This document shows, piece by piece, positions 50,250 through 54,595 of a stretch of DNA of 54,595 nt. This stretch comes from Octopus bimaculoides. Its lineage: Eukaryota. The position numbers and the translations under genes are program-made. Location of the stretch: NCBI RefSeq assembly GCF_001194135.2, contig NC_068987.1, forward strand, positions 54,787,890-54,842,484. Direction: 5' to 3'. The first letter of the stretch is position 1, and every line of letters begins with the position of its first letter. The notes under the pieces were generated by a model. The model ran no database searches and was not told where the DNA came from. It saw nothing but the letters and a program-made list of their open reading frames with translations.

Positions 50250-51950
50250 AATATGTAGATAATACCTGTGATCGTAGCGTAAGTGGTATTGCTAGCTATT
50301 TTAATATTTGAAAGCTTTCATTTGAGTATAACCTGCTGGTTCAGATACATTAACATATGGAGTGACATTGTTGACGATAATCCATGCTATTGGATTACGT
50401 TCTGATCCACTGTCCCCGAATTTCTAGACGAACTAGGGAAAATATATGAAGTTTTTCCTCAACCTAAAGTGTTATGTAGTTACTAACAATAATGGCTTTT
50501 AGGTGTATTCACTATGTGTCCTCTATAATTCCTTTCAATGTCATCTAGGGATGTAACGTCTGGTTTAAGTTGATATTTCTGTGTATAGGTAGTGGGACTT
50601 CTGAAGTTACAAAATGGCCGTTGTAGCGAGAGCTGTTTAGTTTTGTGATTTTAACTGTAGCTTGTGTTCTTGGAAGCTCTGTTATTCGGGTAAGAATCAC
50701 TGACACTGATTTTATTGGTGTTGAATTTTTTTTGTTTTGTTTTTGTTTTATTAATGTATTGGTCAGAAATGTCTTACAGAGGACAGAAAGTTCCTGAGTA
50801 TATTAATGGCTACATTCAAATTGCATAGTAGATTGAACCAAGTTAAATTCTTTTTCCTCGTTCTTCTATGGTGTAGACTTTACGTTGTATACTAACTTCT
50901 CGTGGAAACCACTTCTAGCTAGTGCATTGCTATAGAAAGAGCTGGCCTTCATAAAAATATGTCCGTCTGAGAATATATCAGACACTCCTATAGCATTCAT
51001 TATTAACCTGGTGCCTAGATGGCTAATTATGATAAATTCTCCCCCAAAGAAGAAATTTAGAGATTGATGGGTAAAGAGATTATTCCAGCTGTAAGATTCC
51101 CAACAATGCTCGTGGGGTGTTTTGCAACTTTAAAGCATATGGTGGTGTTATCCGGATTTCTAGTGTTATGCCTAAGAAGTTATGCAATTGTTGAGTTGAT
51201 ACTAATAATTACGTTTAAATGAATCTCTTTGAATACTTCTATTGCATCCTTTCTAAATCTATCTATGATGTGGCCATTCATATTGTACGAAATTACTAAG
51301 CCATCATTTCTATTCAGTCCGAAATTATGAGGGGTGATGCAAAGTGTTGACAATGAACATTCTTACGAAGTTGGTCACCTCAGCTCCATTACAATCTCTA
51401 TGGAGACGTTGAACAAATTATCGTCCCCACAAACACTGTAATATAACACATTCCTATAATATTCATTATTATCCAGGTGTTTCGATCGCTAATTGTGATT
51501 AATTCGCTCCCAACGTTTAGGGCTTTCATATGAAGAGATTTAGAGTTTGATGGGTAAAATTCATTAAATCAAATTCAGTGATTCTACCAGATAATCCACC
51601 TTTTAATAACAGCAGCATTGCAGTTCAATTTATCTATTTAATGCTAATTGTATCGATAATGCGCTTGCTGGCTATCCTCACTTCACTTTTGGAGGAGTTA
51701 TTTAACTTATTTTTAGAGCTGCAAAGAAAACTGAACTTGCGGTCTTTAAAAGTCTGTAAAGATTCCACAAGGTGAAGAAGTCCACGTAGTATTTTGCTTT
51801 TAGATAGGATGCTTTCGATTCTGTATTTAAGGATTTTAAAGGTGGTGGTAGCGCTTTTTTCTTTCTGTATGTTTTAGTAATATTTATCAGGATTTGAAAG
51901 TATTGTAGTGATGTTCGAAACTTCGAACCTGACCTCACCAACTTAATAAA
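50250..51950 (-). mobile_element. Heavily decayed Penelope-like element (RT plus GIY-YIG region)
   Basis: Degenerate LFNVSI..NGAEV...FGLNRNDGLV (FDVTMGSxDGAE...GLYRDDG motifs) at about 51290-51430, with downstream GIY-YIG-like fragments. Confidence 0.65.
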
Positions 51951-52150
51951 CAAAATTAAGATTACGAAACATAACTAACTCCTTCCAAACATCCGGAATA
52001 ATTAATTGAGTTTCTCCAACGTACTCATACTTGCAGACAAAACAAAGGGTATATGCTAGCTAAACAAACTAACATACACACATAATACATACAAGAATCC
52101 GTACATACGTATATATATACATATAGAAATACATGTATACATACATACAT

Positions 52151-52195
<45 letters not shown>

Positions 52196-52496
52196 TATAT
52201 ATATGTACACACATACACACTTCAAATACATTGATGCGCACAAATGTCTGTGCATAAGATACTTAGTACTACATGTTTTAATGTTGTTTTAGCTAATTCT
52301 TGGAGAGTCTAGCACTAGTAATCTGTGTTCTAACTGGTTCCAAAAGCTCTGGTATTTTTAGCTAACATACAGGAAATTAATCTATTATCGGGATAATACC
52401 TTCATTTCCTCTGTTTCAGCAACAGAAATTATAATTCACCGTAATTTGGCCCGAAAATTTGAATGAACTCCATAGGAAGCAGTACATTAAATGGTA

Positions 52497-52562
52497 AAGG
52501 GTTCAGTGGTTAGAGCGTTGTCTTTGTCATATGCCTGCTTCATAGGTTCAAATCCTATAAAC
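52497..52562 (+). pseudogene. tRNA-like pseudogene or orphan SINE head
   Basis: A box tcagtggttagagcg and B box ggttcaaatcc, without a convincing cloverleaf. Confidence 0.45.
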
Positions 52563-52912
52563 AGATTAGCGTTTTGTTGTTGTTTTAGCTAAAGCATGTT
52601 TATGCTCTCGTTAACGTTATATAAAAACGTCATTCTACATAAAATGCAATGTTCGTGCCTTCTGCGTGCTGCGCGAATGTTTGTGAAGACGAGCGTCACG
52701 CGTATACGTGCATGTGATCGTGCGCATAACCTCCGATAACGCGGGACCTACAGCAAGTTTTGGCGTGAATGAAAATTAGTAGAAGGAAATTGAGAAGAAT
52801 TCGGTTTTGAGGTTATATGTGTGTGGGCATAAGTGTGTGTGTGTGTGTAAATGTTTATATATGAGAGCATAATTTATTTTCAGGCGCTCAAACGCTGATA
52901 GAACAGCAGAGA

Positions 52913-53112
52913 CAGAGAGATTCAGCGTGACACAGTGTGACAAGGCTGGCCCCTTTGAAATACAGGTACAACAGAAACAGGAAGAAAGAGGGAGAGAAAG
53001 TTGAGGGGAAAGAGTACAGCAGGATTCGCCACCCCACCTCTGTCAGAGCCTCGTGGAGCTTTAGGTGTTTTCCCTCAATAAGCACTCACAACGCCCGGTC
53101 TGGGAATCGCCT
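52913..53112 (-). mobile_element. SINE family C, partial
   Basis: Matches the internal part of 20051-20438. Confidence 0.8.
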
Positions 53113-53156
53113 CCATAATATATATATATATATGCATATATACATTATATATATAG

Positions 53157-53195
<39 letters not shown>

Positions 53196-54344
53196 NNNNN
53201 NNNNNNNNNNNNNNNNNNNNNNNNNNNNNNNNNNNNNNNNNNNNNNNNNNNNNNNNNNNNNNNNNNNNNNNNNNNNNNNNNNNNNNNNNNNNNNNNNNNN
53301 NNNNNNNNNNNNNNNNNNNNNNNNNNNNNNNNNNNNNNNNNNNNNNNNNNNNNNNNNNNNNNNNNNNNNNNNNNNNNNNNNNNNNNNNNNNNNNNNNNNN
53401 NNNNNNNNNNNNNNNNNNNNNNNNNNNNNNNNNNNNNNNNNNNNNNNNNNNNNNNNNNNNNNNNNNNNNNNNNNTTAATAAAAAACACAGAAAACTAACT
53501 TTTTTTCGAACAACGAAAGAAACAAATAGAGAAACGAAACAGGCAACATAAAGAACATTCCCTTCATCAGTTGTCCCCTGTTTTATCAACTCCGCGTTTT
53601 GAAGCTAGGGACTAGACGCGACTTCGTTAAAACAGTTCTTCCTTCAGAGCAAATTAAATAAAATTTGGGATTTTTTGCGCAGGATTGAAGTGGTAACAAA
53701 AACAGGACAGTGAGAACAAAACAGTAAAAACAAACGGTGAGGGCTGTTGAGCCAAGACAATGTGAAGTGGCGAACGCTGGAAAAACGAGCTTTTAGAAGA
53801 GACAGGTAAAAGCACGTCGAATGTAAATAATGTACATAATTCCTCATCTCTTAATGATATATACATATATATATATATATGTATATATCATTCAACCATA
53901 GTAGTGGTTGAATATATTGGAAGCAGCAACTTCCAATCTTCACCACTAATTCAGTTCTCAACTAAATTGCAAACTGTTAATAGTTTTAAAGAGGACACCT
54001 CTTCAGCTACAGCTACACTTTGGCATAAATAGTTTGAGATTTGGTTCAGGAGAAAAAAATTACATCAAAATATCTGCGACCTCAAGGGAGGCAGTAAGGC
54101 AGATATTCATCTTCAGTTAACATAAATTTTTTGATTTTAAATTAAGAGTATACTTTTCTTATGCTTAAATGAAAGAAAAATTCATGAGAAATTCAGAATC
54201 GTTAGTTGCATTGAACAAAAATTAGTACAAAAACAGTTATGAAGTAAAATATTACGAAATTTTGTCAGTAAGTAAGGAAGTAAGGGAGTAACGCTTAAGC
54301 AATAAGAATAAAGAATATATTTCTAAAATGAATGTTTGCATTCT

Positions 54345-54445
54345 AAGATGGCGAGCCGGCAGGAACGTTAGTACGCTAGTCGAAGTGCTCAGTGGTATTT
54401 CGTCTGTCTTTACGTTTTGATTTCAAATTACGCCGAGGTCGACTT
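54345..54445 (+). mobile_element. SINE family E head
   Basis: ggcgagccggcaggaacgttag...gatttcaaattacgccgaggtcgacttt. Confidence 0.7.
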
Positions 54446-54595
54446 TGATGTACAGGTTATTTAATTAATTTCTTTCATTTAAACACTTTCAAACTTCCGA
54501 TACTGGTAGAATGTGTCACATAGAAAAGGGTTTACTCTTAAAGTTTTTGACAAAATTTTGTATTTTAGAAGTTATTTCATCAGAAGTTACAGAGT

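Noticed and set aside
2163-53589. Long ORF-track entries full of X, or of HT/CV/YI/RE repeats
   Set aside because: They are open only because N gaps or dinucleotide microsatellites lack stop codons.

Overview
AT-rich eukaryotic draft-assembly sequence with about 20 N gaps, dense microsatellites and many decayed transposons. The SINE and LINE families look like those I recall from Octopus (coleoid cephalopod) genomes; this is recognition from memory, not a database result. No prokaryotic features or CRISPR arrays are present, and nearly all ORF-track entries are artefacts of gaps, microsatellites or TE debris. By hand I can chain short GT-AG exons on the minus strand (16668-16732, 8888-8958, 5219-5310, 4776-4873, perhaps 17722-17769) into one phase-consistent reading frame of a protein I cannot name. 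The rest is intron-like DNA containing tRNA-derived SINEs, R4/RTE/Tx1/Penelope retroelement fragments, Tc1/mariner and hAT elements, TIR elements with TTAGGG repeats, and a degenerate 18S rRNA fragment. The best leads are: two donor/acceptor pairs offset by 10 nt that switch between an open frame and a premature stop; an intron inside a Tc1 transposase; a head-to-tail array of Tx1-like derivatives; a perfect ETS/AP-1/ETS palindrome overlapping a splice donor; and a satellite unit that also forms a long hairpin. I found no clearly demonstrable new biological system.
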